A stretch of 64,000 nucleotides of DNA, from positions 86,457-150,456 of the forward strand of contig CBINGM010000004.1 in NCBI GenBank assembly GCA_966250225.1. Reading direction: 5' to 3'. The DNA comes from an uncultured Pseudobdellovibrio sp. (GTDB lineage: Bacteria > Bdellovibrionota > Bdellovibrionia > Bdellovibrionales > Bdellovibrionaceae). Every line of letters starts with the position of its first letter. Positions within the stretch are counted from its first letter, which is position 1. Both the position numbers and the translations under genes were made by a program. Below, piece by piece: positions 1-9,879 of the stretch. The notes under the pieces were generated by a model, which had not been told where the DNA came from, ran no database searches, and saw only the letters and a program-made list of their open reading frames with translations.

Positions 1-745
1 CCGTCGGCTGAGGCGCCGTTGTTTCAGAAGCAACACATGTTCCGTTATCGTCTCGGTATCCGCCAGCACAAATACATCCGCGTGTAATCAGATTATAAAC
101 CTGATGATCCTCAGCGCGACACATACTTGGACATAACTGATGCGTTCCGCGCTCAATCGCATAGTTTGCATCATTATCACATTTACAATAATTACCTTCA
201 CTTAATGGACGATCTAAATCTGGTGTTGTTCCACGAGGACAAGGTGCCACGGCGCAAGCTCGACCATCCCAGATACCATTGTTAGCTGTGCATGTTTCTT
301 GAGTTGTACACTTAGACGGAAAATTTTTAGAGCAAGTTCTGGCAGGTGCAGTTACAACGACTTCTTGCAGTGTGCCGCCATCATAAATTCTATCGTCGCT
401 ACCGGTTTTCATACATCGCGAAAATGCATCTGAACTAATATCTTCAATTGTTTTTTTACATGTAATAAAAGTAGGATTTTGTGGATGATATAATTGTGCG
501 TAACTACCACCCTTTTGTAAAATAACACCATTATCATTTGCACACTCAGCGTAAATCGCATTACAACGGCCTAATGCATCTTTAGCAGCTTGGCTTTGGC
601 GTCCTTCATGGCCGTACTTCGCACCATAATCTGTCATACACTGGTTCATAAGAGGGGCACAGGTCTTATTGGATGCCCACTCAGCATAGGCAGACCCACT
701 CAATAATATTGATGAAATGAAGAATAGAAATAGAATATATCTCAT
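1..745 (-). CDS. Cys-rich secreted protein, partial (3' end runs off the window start); tandem paralog of 852..2951
   Basis: Not in ORF track. Manual translation from ATG at 745 gives MRYILFLFFISSILLSGSAYAEWASNKTCAPLMNQCMTDY..., open to base 1. It has a signal peptide and shares the Cys pattern of the 699-aa neighbour (CSKNFPSKCTTQETC vs CSKQYPEKCTTELTC). Confidence 0.85.
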   Translation of the reverse strand, partial: MRYILFLFFISSILLSGSAYAEWASNKTCAPLMNQCMTDYGAKYGHEGRQSQAAKDALGRCNAIYAECANDNGVILQKGGSYAQLYHPQNPTFITCKKTIEDISSDAFSRCMKTGSDDRIYDGGTLQEVVVTAPARTCSKNFPSKCTTQETCTANNGIWDGRACAVAPCPRGTTPDLDRPLSEGNYCKCDNDANYAIERGTHQLCPSMCRAEDHQVYNLITRGCICAGGYRDDNGTCVASETTAPQPT

Positions 746-767
746 GAACTCAATTCCCTCAGTAAGC

Positions 768-795
768 CTTTCGGACGAAAGTCATACGGAATTGA
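768..795 (-). promoter_or_regulatory. sigma28 (FliA)-like promoter
   Basis: Minus strand TCAA-N16-TCCGAAAG, 23 nt upstream of ATG 745; resembles consensus TAAA-N15-GCCGATAA. Confidence 0.4.
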
Positions 796-851
796 GTCAA
801 TGTCTCAAATTAATACAGGACTTTTTTTTAAAGTATTATAGAAGTTTTAAA

Positions 852-2951
852 TCAGTTTTTCTCTCCAAATATAAATAAATCTTTTTGATCTTGAACCTTG
901 TAACGTTTATTCATAACTCGCCAAATATCTTCAAACTTACCTGCAAGCTCAGTGTCAGCACCGGATGCAAGTCCGCGCACCATTTTACCCGGGCGCCATT
1001 TTTTGGTATCTACGGAATTACCGTTGGCATCTAGTCCGCTGCCAAAAGCACCAGATTTTGTAGCCTCGCTACCGCTTCCTTTTTTATCGCCGAATAAATT
1101 TCCGATAGCGCCTTTTGCCGCATTAAACATTCCGCCAATTTTTGAATTCAATGAAGAATCTTCTTCGCCTTGAGATGCATTTTCACCGGAACCAAAATTA
1201 CCACCCACACCAGGGCCACCAGCCGCACCTGCAACACCAAAGGGAGATCCGCCGTCAGCAGTTGCTGTTCCTGAAGAGTTCATAGCTGAAACTTCGCTTG
1301 AACCTAAATTTCTTAAATCGTCGCCACTCAGATCAATACCAGCTTTTCCACCGACACTTGTTTCACCAATTCCATTTGTTGGCGTTACGCCACCAGGACC
1401 CGCAAAACCATTCAGATTTGAATTTGTATTCACTGTTGGATTAGCGGCAATGTTTTTACATTCATTGCTGTTGGGATCTCTGAAACAAACACACTTAGGT
1501 GACGTATCAGCAGCGTTTAAACAATTCACTTGCGCACTCGCACAGCCAGCTAACGTAGGATCAGCTGCGCAATCTTTCGGACCCACTAAATTAGCACAGT
1601 TGGCACCGCCAGAATTTAACTGGCATTCGCACTGACTGGCCGCTTTAAATGTGCTGTCCATATCGGTCATGTAACTACTTACTTTTTCACGGTTCGTAAC
1701 AGCTGTTCCTGATTCGCACTTCGTATTGTTACTGGCAACACTGCTTTGCATTTCTTGAATTTTTTGTTCGAAGGGAGCTTTATTCACTTTATCCCATTCG
1801 GCATTCCATTCAGGCTCGGTAAAAGCCGTCGGAAACGGGTTATCAAAACGACAGCTTAAAAAATCATACTGCTTTTTACGGCAAGCTTGATAAACACGGT
1901 CTTTGTTAGCATTAATGTATGAAGTCGCATCTGCGCAACTTGTTTTACAACTTCCGATTTCGGTATCGCATTTACCACGCAATTCATCTAAGGCGTAATA
2001 ACCCGTCGATCCCGCAATCGCTGCTTGAGCACATTTTTCTGAAGCACCCATAACTCCCGTCGCCCCTTTTAATAAATTTTGCAGCGATGTGATAGTGTCG
2101 TCATTTTCACGGTCGGGATTACACTGATTAACAGCTGTTGTAGCTGCTGAATTACATGAATTCACTTTTTCTTGGATTTCTCGTAAACATTCATCTGCTG
2201 TCTCAGATGGTGGTGTCGGTGTCGTGACAGCTATACAAACCATAACATTATTTGTACTGCCTGATGGATCACGATAGCCATCGGCACACGCACAACTTTT
2301 AGTTGGTCCGTCATAAATTTTATGGTCTTCAAAACGACATGTGCCTGGACACTGTTGCTGCGACCCGCGCTCGATAGAAAGACTGATATCACTTAAGCAC
2401 GTACATCTTTCAGGAGAAATATTGTTCGCCACTGATCCTTCAGGACAAGCAGCTGCTGTGCAGGTTTTTCCGTCCCACTGTCCATTATTAAAAGCGCAGG
2501 TAAGTTCTGTCGTACATTTTTCTGGATATTGTTTCGAACAACTTCCGATCACGATCTTTGGTTGTGGAATTACATTTAATTCAGCTTTTTCAGTTTTTTT
2601 AGGAGTACTCTGTACACGCCCGCGCATGCAGGCTGTAAAAGCATCTGAATTTGGGTCAGAAATTGTTTTACGACATTCAATAAAATCAGCGTTGGCCGGA
2701 TTATACATCTGTGCAATACGACCACTTTTTTGTGTGATACCACCGTTAGCCGCCGTACATTCATTAAATCGCGCTAAACATTGCGCCTGAGCCACTTCAC
2801 GATCAGGATTAATTCTTAAACCGAATTTTCTTTTGACGTCAGCCATACAAGCTGTCATTTCAGGATTACAATTTCGATTAACAATATCGGCAGCCGCATT
2901 CGCATCAAATGAAAAGAATATTGCTACTAGCAGAAATAAACTAAATCTCAT
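852..2951 (-). CDS. Cys-rich secreted protein with Gly/Ser/Asn-rich C-terminal region, function unknown
   Basis: 699-aa ORF with N-terminal signal peptide (ANA-A), many Cys, low-complexity tail ending RGLASG...DIWRVMNKRY. Confidence 0.85.
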   Translation of the reverse strand: MRFSLFLLVAIFFSFDANAAADIVNRNCNPEMTACMADVKRKFGLRINPDREVAQAQCLARFNECTAANGGITQKSGRIAQMYNPANADFIECRKTISDPNSDAFTACMRGRVQSTPKKTEKAELNVIPQPKIVIGSCSKQYPEKCTTELTCAFNNGQWDGKTCTAAACPEGSVANNISPERCTCLSDISLSIERGSQQQCPGTCRFEDHKIYDGPTKSCACADGYRDPSGSTNNVMVCIAVTTPTPPSETADECLREIQEKVNSCNSAATTAVNQCNPDRENDDTITSLQNLLKGATGVMGASEKCAQAAIAGSTGYYALDELRGKCDTEIGSCKTSCADATSYINANKDRVYQACRKKQYDFLSCRFDNPFPTAFTEPEWNAEWDKVNKAPFEQKIQEMQSSVASNNTKCESGTAVTNREKVSSYMTDMDSTFKAASQCECQLNSGGANCANLVGPKDCAADPTLAGCASAQVNCLNAADTSPKCVCFRDPNSNECKNIAANPTVNTNSNLNGFAGPGGVTPTNGIGETSVGGKAGIDLSGDDLRNLGSSEVSAMNSSGTATADGGSPFGVAGAAGGPGVGGNFGSGENASQGEEDSSLNSKIGGMFNAAKGAIGNLFGDKKGSGSEATKSGAFGSGLDANGNSVDTKKWRPGKMVRGLASGADTELAGKFEDIWRVMNKRYKVQDQKDLFIFGEKN

Positions 2952-2968
2952 GGCCCCTCACCTGTTAA

Positions 2969-2995
2969 GTTTCGGTCAAAACAACAACAGGCTGA
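2969..2995 (-). promoter_or_regulatory. sigma28 (FliA)-like promoter
   Basis: Minus strand TCAG-N15-ACCGAAAC just upstream of ATG 2951. Confidence 0.45.
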
Positions 2996-3016
2996 AGGTC
3001 ACAACGTAAATAATAT

Positions 3017-4156
3017 TTATTTCAAAACAAAAAGTGCTTTTTCTAAATCAGTTTCTGTGTTGAATGCGTTCGGTGTGAAACGTAATCCCGGACCACGAAG
3101 CGCATGAAAAATCTTTTCTTTGTTTAATTTATCTGAAAGTTCTTTGAGAGTCATTTCTCCTCGAGGCTTAACATTAATAAACGGCGTTGAGTTGACGCGT
3201 TCACCTTGATACGGAGAAACAATTTCGTAACCTAAGTTCAATAATCCCTGACGAAAAATTTTTGCTAATCGCAAGGCTTCGGTCTCGATATTTTTTATTC
3301 CAGTTTTCTGGAGCACTTCGATCGAAGCGCCCATGGCTGTGATTTCTAAAACCTGTTTTGAACCTGGTTCAAATTTCAAAGCATCACGTTTTGGTACGCA
3401 CGCAAAATCTGATGGATCATCGCAGGTTCCATAAGTGTACATGCCGATCACATGCGGTTTAAATTTTGGAATATGATTTTTACGTAATGCTAAGTAGCCA
3501 ACACCCACTGGTGATGAAAGCCATTTATGACTTCCACCCATTACTGCGTCAGCTCCCCAGTTCCATATTTCACAAGAATGAAGACCAAAACCCTGAATGA
3601 TATCTACAGAAACAAAAATTCCTTTTTGTTTCGCTGTTTCGATCACGTGTTTAATATCTTCCATTTGGCTTCCGGCCTGAAACTGCACCCAGCTAAAAGC
3701 GATCACTTTTGTTTTTGGTGTAATCGCTTTTAAATATTTCTCCATCGGAGTGGATAAGTTTTTTTCTGATTCAACGATAACAAGATTGGCCCCTACCTGG
3801 TCACAAGCAGCTTTCCACGGGTAAAGGTGGCTTCCATACTCTTGATCCCACATTAAAACTTCGTCGCCAGCTTGCAAACCGCACGAAAAAGCCACTTGGC
3901 TAATAGCTCCCGCTGTTGAAGAAAAGAAAGCCACTTCACCGGCTTCACAGCCAATCATATTGGCTAAGCTTGCGCGTGTGTGAGTTACATCAGCGGCGTA
4001 ATCTTTATCGGTGTTATAACCTTCTTCCCAGAAGCGGCGCGACCAATAATCAATTTTTTCACGGGCCGCGCGTGTGATGGGCTGCAAGCCCGCATTGTTT
4101 AAATGCACTAACTCATTTCGGTTAAACTGAGCCTTATAAGCTTCTAAGCTAGACAT
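3017..4156 (-). CDS. Class V PLP-dependent aminotransferase / cysteine desulfurase-like enzyme, probable C-S lyase
   Basis: HLNNAG start motif, VDIIQGFG, and GGSHKWLSSPVGVGYL with PLP lysine; overlaps the upstream gene by 8 nt. Confidence 0.85.
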   Translation of the reverse strand: MSSLEAYKAQFNRNELVHLNNAGLQPITRAAREKIDYWSRRFWEEGYNTDKDYAADVTHTRASLANMIGCEAGEVAFFSSTAGAISQVAFSCGLQAGDEVLMWDQEYGSHLYPWKAACDQVGANLVIVESEKNLSTPMEKYLKAITPKTKVIAFSWVQFQAGSQMEDIKHVIETAKQKGIFVSVDIIQGFGLHSCEIWNWGADAVMGGSHKWLSSPVGVGYLALRKNHIPKFKPHVIGMYTYGTCDDPSDFACVPKRDALKFEPGSKQVLEITAMGASIEVLQKTGIKNIETEALRLAKIFRQGLLNLGYEIVSPYQGERVNSTPFINVKPRGEMTLKELSDKLNKEKIFHALRGPGLRFTPNAFNTETDLEKALFVLK

Positions 4157-7100
4157 GTAATCCTTCTTTGATCAGCTGGATAAGCTCTTGCACCTGGGCA
4201 AAATGCAAACGGTAACCTAAAAGACAAATACGAATCGAATAGCAGCCGCCGATTTCACAGCCACTTAAGAAAATTTTGTTCTGAGAATTAATCCAGCCTA
4301 AAAGTTTTTTCGTTTTTTCTGAATTACCTAAATTAAAAGTTTGAATTGTTAAGTGTGGTTCAGAAATCACTTTCACTAATTCAATTTTTTTAAGTTCAGC
4401 ATTTAAGTATTCAGACAGTTTAATTTTTTCTTCTAAATTCAACTTAAATGGTCCAACACCAAACGCTTTTAGCGGAAGCCATACACGCAAGCCTCTTGGG
4501 TCACGTGATAATTCCGGCGAAATATCAGCAAAATCAATCATGCTAAATTGTTCATCGTGAAGGCCCGGCGATGGTGGCATGTATGAACTGCTTCCGGCAT
4601 ACTGCGTTTGCAGATCACTTTTATTTTTAATTAATAAACAACCAACACCGTATGGGATTTGTAAAGCTTTATGCGGATCAAGGGCCACCGACTGCGATCG
4701 CTCAATGCCTGATAAAACTTTTTGGCCTTTTTCAGTTAACATAAATAAAGCGCCGTAGGCACCGTCCACGTGAAACCACATTTTATTTTCTTCACAAATA
4801 TCAGCGATTGTATTTAGCGGATCAACTGCGCCCGTATTTGTTGTACCTGCTGTTCCGATCGCAGCTACAGTGATAAATCCATTTTTCTTATCTTCAACAA
4901 TCGCCTTTTTAAGTTCAGAAGCGATCATTGAATAATTTTGATCAACCGGAATTAACCGTAAACACTCTTTCGGAAACCCTAAGAAAGCTAAAGCTTTACC
5001 GATACAGTGATGCACTTGTGTTGAAGCGTAAAAACGCGCTTTAGATAAATCATTTTGATTGGCAAATAATTTATTTCTGGCCGCAGCTAAAGCCATCATA
5101 TTAGCTTGGCTTCCGCCACCGGTTAAAATACCTGTGGCTGTAGTGTCCGGGTATTTCATCATGGTCGTAAACCAACGAATCACTTCCATCTCTAAAGTCA
5201 CTAAACCCGGAGCTAAGCTAAAATGACCGGTGAATTGATTCATCGTCATAGCTAAAGCCTGTGCTGGAGCACTTAATGGATTTGCAGCACCTGCCACATA
5301 GGCCATGTAACCTGGATGCCCTGGTTGTTGCCCCAGGGGTGCAATATCTTGTGCTAAAAACTGCACCAGCTTTTCAAAGTTTTCAGGATTTTCAGGAAAG
5401 TTTTTCGTTGTTTGATACGGTCTACGGTAATCTTTTTTAATATCATTCGTATAAGGATCAAGTGCTGATCCCATCGGCGAAACATCTTTGCGGTTTTGTT
5501 CAAAGTTCGTCACAAACTTTTCAACCGCTTGATAAGCTTTTTGAATTTCTTCGTCTGATAGTTCCATCGGCTGTTGAACCGAACGCCACCAGTTTTCATT
5601 TTGCATTTGATCTAAAACATTTTCACGGCGCGTGTGAACATATTCGCCGTTTTGTTTTAATCTAACAGCGGCGTTATCAGTCGAACCATCTAAAGTCGCT
5701 GCCATACGAAATCCAGCATGCTGGAAAAAATGCGGGCGAAAGTGAAAACGTGCATTCACACTGGCTTCATGTCCACAGCTGATAAAACTTCCGCCTAAGA
5801 TCATCTGATGTTTGCCATCAAAACAAGGTGTTGAAAAATCGTCGTAAAGTTTATTAATTTTAAAACCTTCAAGCGGATTAAACTGATCTTCGGCCCATTG
5901 CCATACGTTACCGAATAAATCATAAACGCCATCTTGCAATTGCCCTGCATTTACCGGACGTGGCGAAGCATGGTGATAATTGAAATTAAATTTTTCAGAC
6001 ATTTGATCAGAAGATTTTTTATATTCTTTCTTTTGTAAAACGTCGTCTTCTTTTAAATTTAATTTTAAAGAGACAAATTCAGCTTCAGTGATCAAACGGT
6101 AATGAAGTGTTGATTTATCTTGTTCTTGTTTCCAGCGGCAGTAAGCTTGTGCTTCGTGATAGTTCACTTCAGCCGGCCAATCCCAAGGCATATCGATAAT
6201 TTCAAAAATTGTACGTAATTTATAATCGTGCAAACCTTCAGGCCCGTAAGCCACCCAAAATGTTGGGCGTTTCGTGTTACGAAACTTACGCCACATTAAA
6301 CCTTCAGCTTGCCAGTATTTATCTTCAGTGTAAGCCCCACTAGCTACGAAGTCATAATACTCACCGTTACTGATCAAAGCTTGAGTCATTTGAAAATCTT
6401 TTGTTTTAGAATTTCTATGACCGTACTCGTTATCCCAACCAAAACTTGGAGCCGTTTCTGGTTTACCATAAGACACAAGCCCGCCTTGATGTTTGCTCCA
6501 CACATTGACCGGAAAATCTTTACCGGCCACAGGCTTTGCTGTCTTTGAAGATTTCGTTCCGTAAAGTGGAGCCCAGTACTTCGGTGTTTCAACTAACTCG
6601 ATCGGAAGCTCACGCATTAAAACACTGCTTGTTTCGAAATGGATTTTTTCATGCTCAAAACCCATAAATAAAGCCCACAGCGGATGTTGTGGCCCCAATT
6701 TAATGTTTTTAGCTTTACGTGTTTCTAAATCTAAATCCGGATGCGTCTGAATTAAATTTTTAATCAGATTATAAATTTTCTGACGGTACTCATGAATTGT
6801 CGCAACTGATGGCCATTCCATCTCGTTCTTCGACATATCATCCCAGCTCATTTCATCAACGCCGGTTTCAAGAACTTTCTCGAGATATAAATCCACAGGG
6901 TTGTCCACAACACCTGCTAAACGAAGTTTATTTAAAAATAAAACCGCTGGATGGCCGTAATAAAAAGCCAATGGATGGCGCAACTGATGGTACGGAGGAC
7001 GCACATACGTTGATTCATGCTTAAGACTTGAAAATAAAATTTCTGTCAGCGTCCATGTGTTATCGAAATAATCTAAAACATCTTGGCGTGTGCAGATTTC

Positions 7101-7301
7101 TAAATTGATCAGTGGCAAGGCTGCTAAGTATTTTTTTTCACGATCAAAGCCCACGCATTTTTCAGGGTGAACACCGGTCCACCAACGATCACCGAATTTT
7201 TGCTGCACTTCGTTTGGCGAACTGCGGTCAACTTTCGGCGCCGACAAATTGGGATTACGAGTTAAAGATACTGTTTGCGGTGTGGTATTTAAATTCGACA
7301 T
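4149..7301 (-). CDS. OvoA-type 5-histidylcysteine sulfoxide synthase (DinB-like + FGE-sulfatase domains) fused to a group II PLP-dependent decarboxylase
   Basis: OvoA-like motifs LRHPLAFYYGH(117)PA, GVDEMSWDD, EH(217)EKIH(221)FETS, LY(486)DDFSTP, HFFQHAGFR. From about residue 579: HPGYMAYV, GGSQANMMAL, WFHVDGAYG, DPHK(878). No SAM-methyltransferase motif seen. Confidence 0.9.
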   Translation of the reverse strand: MSNLNTTPQTVSLTRNPNLSAPKVDRSSPNEVQQKFGDRWWTGVHPEKCVGFDREKKYLAALPLINLEICTRQDVLDYFDNTWTLTEILFSSLKHESTYVRPPYHQLRHPLAFYYGHPAVLFLNKLRLAGVVDNPVDLYLEKVLETGVDEMSWDDMSKNEMEWPSVATIHEYRQKIYNLIKNLIQTHPDLDLETRKAKNIKLGPQHPLWALFMGFEHEKIHFETSSVLMRELPIELVETPKYWAPLYGTKSSKTAKPVAGKDFPVNVWSKHQGGLVSYGKPETAPSFGWDNEYGHRNSKTKDFQMTQALISNGEYYDFVASGAYTEDKYWQAEGLMWRKFRNTKRPTFWVAYGPEGLHDYKLRTIFEIIDMPWDWPAEVNYHEAQAYCRWKQEQDKSTLHYRLITEAEFVSLKLNLKEDDVLQKKEYKKSSDQMSEKFNFNYHHASPRPVNAGQLQDGVYDLFGNVWQWAEDQFNPLEGFKINKLYDDFSTPCFDGKHQMILGGSFISCGHEASVNARFHFRPHFFQHAGFRMAATLDGSTDNAAVRLKQNGEYVHTRRENVLDQMQNENWWRSVQQPMELSDEEIQKAYQAVEKFVTNFEQNRKDVSPMGSALDPYTNDIKKDYRRPYQTTKNFPENPENFEKLVQFLAQDIAPLGQQPGHPGYMAYVAGAANPLSAPAQALAMTMNQFTGHFSLAPGLVTLEMEVIRWFTTMMKYPDTTATGILTGGGSQANMMALAAARNKLFANQNDLSKARFYASTQVHHCIGKALAFLGFPKECLRLIPVDQNYSMIASELKKAIVEDKKNGFITVAAIGTAGTTNTGAVDPLNTIADICEENKMWFHVDGAYGALFMLTEKGQKVLSGIERSQSVALDPHKALQIPYGVGCLLIKNKSDLQTQYAGSSSYMPPSPGLHDEQFSMIDFADISPELSRDPRGLRVWLPLKAFGVGPFKLNLEEKIKLSEYLNAELKKIELVKVISEPHLTIQTFNLGNSEKTKKLLGWINSQNKIFLSGCEIGGCYSIRICLLGYRLHFAQVQELIQLIKEGLHV

Positions 7302-7494
7302 ATAACTTTTCTCTATTCAGTTATAACTAAAGGTTTTCATCTTTAGAAATTACTAGAATATCTTACAATAAAACTGCTATGATCAGTAGGAATAATCATT
7401 TAGCATTCGACTAACTTGATCATCTGATAGGTACAAACTATCACTCTGGTCAGAGTAGAACTTCAGATGCAAATTATCCGCAAGAGAGGACCAT

Positions 7495-7983
7495 ATGAAA
7501 AAAAGTTTTTTTGATTTCACAGTGAAGAATGCCCAGGCCAAAGACTATGACTTAGCACAACATAAAGATAAAGTTGTTTTGGTTGTGAACGTTGCCAGTA
7601 AATGTGGTTTTACTCCACAGTACAAAGGGCTAGAAGCATTGTATCAAGAACATAAAAATGAAAACTTCACAATTCTTGGATTTCCGTGCAATCAATTCGG
7701 TTCACAAGAACCAGGATCAAATGAAGAAATTCAATCTTTCTGCGAAATGAATTACGGCGTGACATTTCCTGTTTTAGGAAAAGTTGCAGTTAATGGTTCA
7801 GATGCTGACCCGGTTTACAAACACTTAAAAGAAGAAGCTCCAGGAATTTTCGGCACCGAAGCCATCAAATGGAACTTCACAAAATTTTTAGTTGGTAAAG
7901 ATGGTAAAGTGATCGAGCGTTTTGCGCCAAACACTGAACCACAAGATATCAATGAAGCCATTAAGAAAGCGTTAGGTAAGTAA
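7495..7983 (+). CDS. Glutathione peroxidase family protein (Cys-type)
   Basis: NVASKCGFT, LGFPCNQFGSQEPG, WNFTKFLV; the catalytic codon is TGT. Confidence 0.95.
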   Translation: MKKSFFDFTVKNAQAKDYDLAQHKDKVVLVVNVASKCGFTPQYKGLEALYQEHKNENFTILGFPCNQFGSQEPGSNEEIQSFCEMNYGVTFPVLGKVAVNGSDADPVYKHLKEEAPGIFGTEAIKWNFTKFLVGKDGKVIERFAPNTEPQDINEAIKKALGK

Positions 7984-7984
7984 T

Positions 7985-8566
7985 ATGAAAAATTTAGCAA
8001 AAACTTTGTGTGTCGTCTGTCTTTTCGCTACTCAAACTTTTGCTAAGTCTACGTCCGACAATGTCGAGCCTGTGTCGGCGCAGCCGACTCAGGCACAGCC
8101 ACAAGTTCAACAAGCTGATGACTGCACGTATGATTTTCTAAATGCAAAATCAGCTCTTGATCAAAAATCAAAAGATTTTTTAGTCATTAAAAAAGTAGTT
8201 AAGAACAATAAAGAAAAAGTTCTGACTCAAAAAGCTGTTTTCAAAAAAGATAAAGTCAAAGTTGAATTCACTACCGGCGGCTGCGCTCATTATGGTTATA
8301 GTTTTACTTATTCAAACCTAGGCCAACCTGAATTTACAGCCGACCAAGCTTTTAAAAAAGCGATTGAAATGTTAAAAGCCACACCAACAACAGTTGAAGG
8401 CCAGGCTTTAACAAAAACCTTAATTGAAAACTTAGAATCAGCAGCGATGAATAAAATCTTTAGACCACCGAATGCGGCTTATGATGTACCCTGTGGCGAT
8501 GCTCAATGTAGTTTAGATGCCTCAGTTAAGGGTCAGCTTAAAGCCAGCTATAGCTTCGCTTTATAG
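7985..8566 (+). CDS. Secreted hypothetical protein
   Basis: 193-aa ORF with signal peptide (TFA-K), starting 1 nt after the peroxidase stop. Confidence 0.75.
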   Translation: MKNLAKTLCVVCLFATQTFAKSTSDNVEPVSAQPTQAQPQVQQADDCTYDFLNAKSALDQKSKDFLVIKKVVKNNKEKVLTQKAVFKKDKVKVEFTTGGCAHYGYSFTYSNLGQPEFTADQAFKKAIEMLKATPTTVEGQALTKTLIENLESAAMNKIFRPPNAAYDVPCGDAQCSLDASVKGQLKASYSFAL

Positions 8567-8603
8567 TTTTAAATCTTTGCTTTAAAAAGATTGTCTCAAA
8601 AAT

Positions 8604-8637
8604 AAAAAGCCCCGGTTCACCACCGAGGCTTTTTTTA
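8604..8637 (-). terminator. Intrinsic terminator for recA, probably bidirectional
   Basis: Minus strand GCCTCGGT-ggtga-ACCGGGGC followed by a T run; A/T runs on both sides. Confidence 0.75.
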
Positions 8638-8661
8638 TTTTTATAGGTATAAACTAGTTAA

Positions 8662-9831
8662 TTAGTTTAATTTTTCTTTAGCAGCTTTAGCTTCTTTTGC
8701 TGGAGCTTCTGCTTCTGCAGCTGCTTTTCCTTTTTTAGCTTTTTTCGGAGATTCTAATTCAACAGAATCTTCACCCGCTACTGCATCAGCCATATCGTTA
8801 GTTAATAATAATTCACCGATACCGTTTTTAGCTAAGATAGCATTACGTAATTCAGTTTTAACAGCTGGATTTGCTTTTAAGTATTCTTTAGCTTGGTCGC
8901 GGCCTTGGCCTAAACGTTCACCTTTGTAAGAGTACCATGCACCTGATTTTTCAACCATGTTCGCTGTTACGGCTAAATCTAATACATCACCTTCTTCAGA
9001 AATACCTTCACCGTACATTAAGTCGAATTCAACTTTAGTAAATGGAGGAGCCATTTTGTTTTTCACAACTTTAACAGCTGTTCTATTACCAGTTACATCT
9101 TCACCGTTTTTGATTGCGCCAACACGGCGTACATCTAAACGAACAGAAGCGTAGAATTTAAGAGCGTTACCACCCGTTGTAGTTTCAGGGTTACCGAACA
9201 TAACACCGATTTTCATACGGATTTGGTTGATGAAGATAACTAATGTGTTTGAACGAGAGATAGCTGCAGTTAATTTACGTAAAGCTTGTGACATTAAACG
9301 AGCTTGAAGACCCATGTGTGAATCACCCATTTCGCCTTCGATCTCAGCACGTGGAACTAACGCCGCTACTGAATCGACAACTAATACGTCAACTGCGCCA
9401 GAGCGAACTAAAGTTTCAGTGATTTCTAAAGCTTGTTCACCAGTATCTGGTTGAGAGATTAATAAATCAGAAACGTTAACACCTAATTTACGAGCGTAGT
9501 TTGTATCTAAGGCATGTTCAGCATCTACGAAAGCAACAACGCCACCTTTTTTCTGAGCTTGTGCGATTGTTGATAAGGCTAAAGTTGTTTTACCAGAAGA
9601 CTCCGGGCCAAACACTTCAATGATACGACCTTTTGGAAGACCACCAATACCTAAAGCAACGTCTAATGATAATGAACCTGTAGAAATAACTTCTACGTCT
9701 TTATGTAACGAATCACCGTTACCTAAACGCATGATTGAACCTTTACCGAATTGTTTTTCGATAGTAGAAACTGCTAGGTCTAATGCTTTTAGTTTTTCGC
9801 CTTGGGCTTTGCTGTCTTGTGGATTTGCCAT
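8662..9831 (-). CDS. recA: Recombinase A
   Basis: GPESSGKTT Walker [32 protein letters not shown]; Lys/Ala-rich C-terminal tail. Confidence 0.99.
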   Translation of the reverse strand: MANPQDSKAQGEKLKALDLAVSTIEKQFGKGSIMRLGNGDSLHKDVEVISTGSLSLDVALGIGGLPKGRIIEVFGPESSGKTTLALSTIAQAQKKGGVVAFVDAEHALDTNYARKLGVNVSDLLISQPDTGEQALEITETLVRSGAVDVLVVDSVAALVPRAEIEGEMGDSHMGLQARLMSQALRKLTAAISRSNTLVIFINQIRMKIGVMFGNPETTTGGNALKFYASVRLDVRRVGAIKNGEDVTGNRTAVKVVKNKMAPPFTKVEFDLMYGEGISEEGDVLDLAVTANMVEKSGAWYSYKGERLGQGRDQAKEYLKANPAVKTELRNAILAKNGIGELLLTNDMADAVAGEDSVELESPKKAKKGKAAAEAEAPAKEAKAAKEKLN

Positions 9832-9879
9832 TTGTGATACCTCTCTTATATATGTATTAAAAATATCTTTTAAAAAAAA

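Noticed and set aside
7495-7983. Possible selenoprotein glutathione peroxidase or selenium (ovoselenol-type) pathway
   Set aside because: The catalytic codon is TGT (Cys) and no selenophosphate synthetase or other selenium gene is in the window.
9500-9831. SOS/LexA box or intein associated with recA
   Set aside because: No CTGT-N8-ACAG or GAAC-N4-GTTC motif lies upstream, and the RecA length and motifs are continuous with no insertion.
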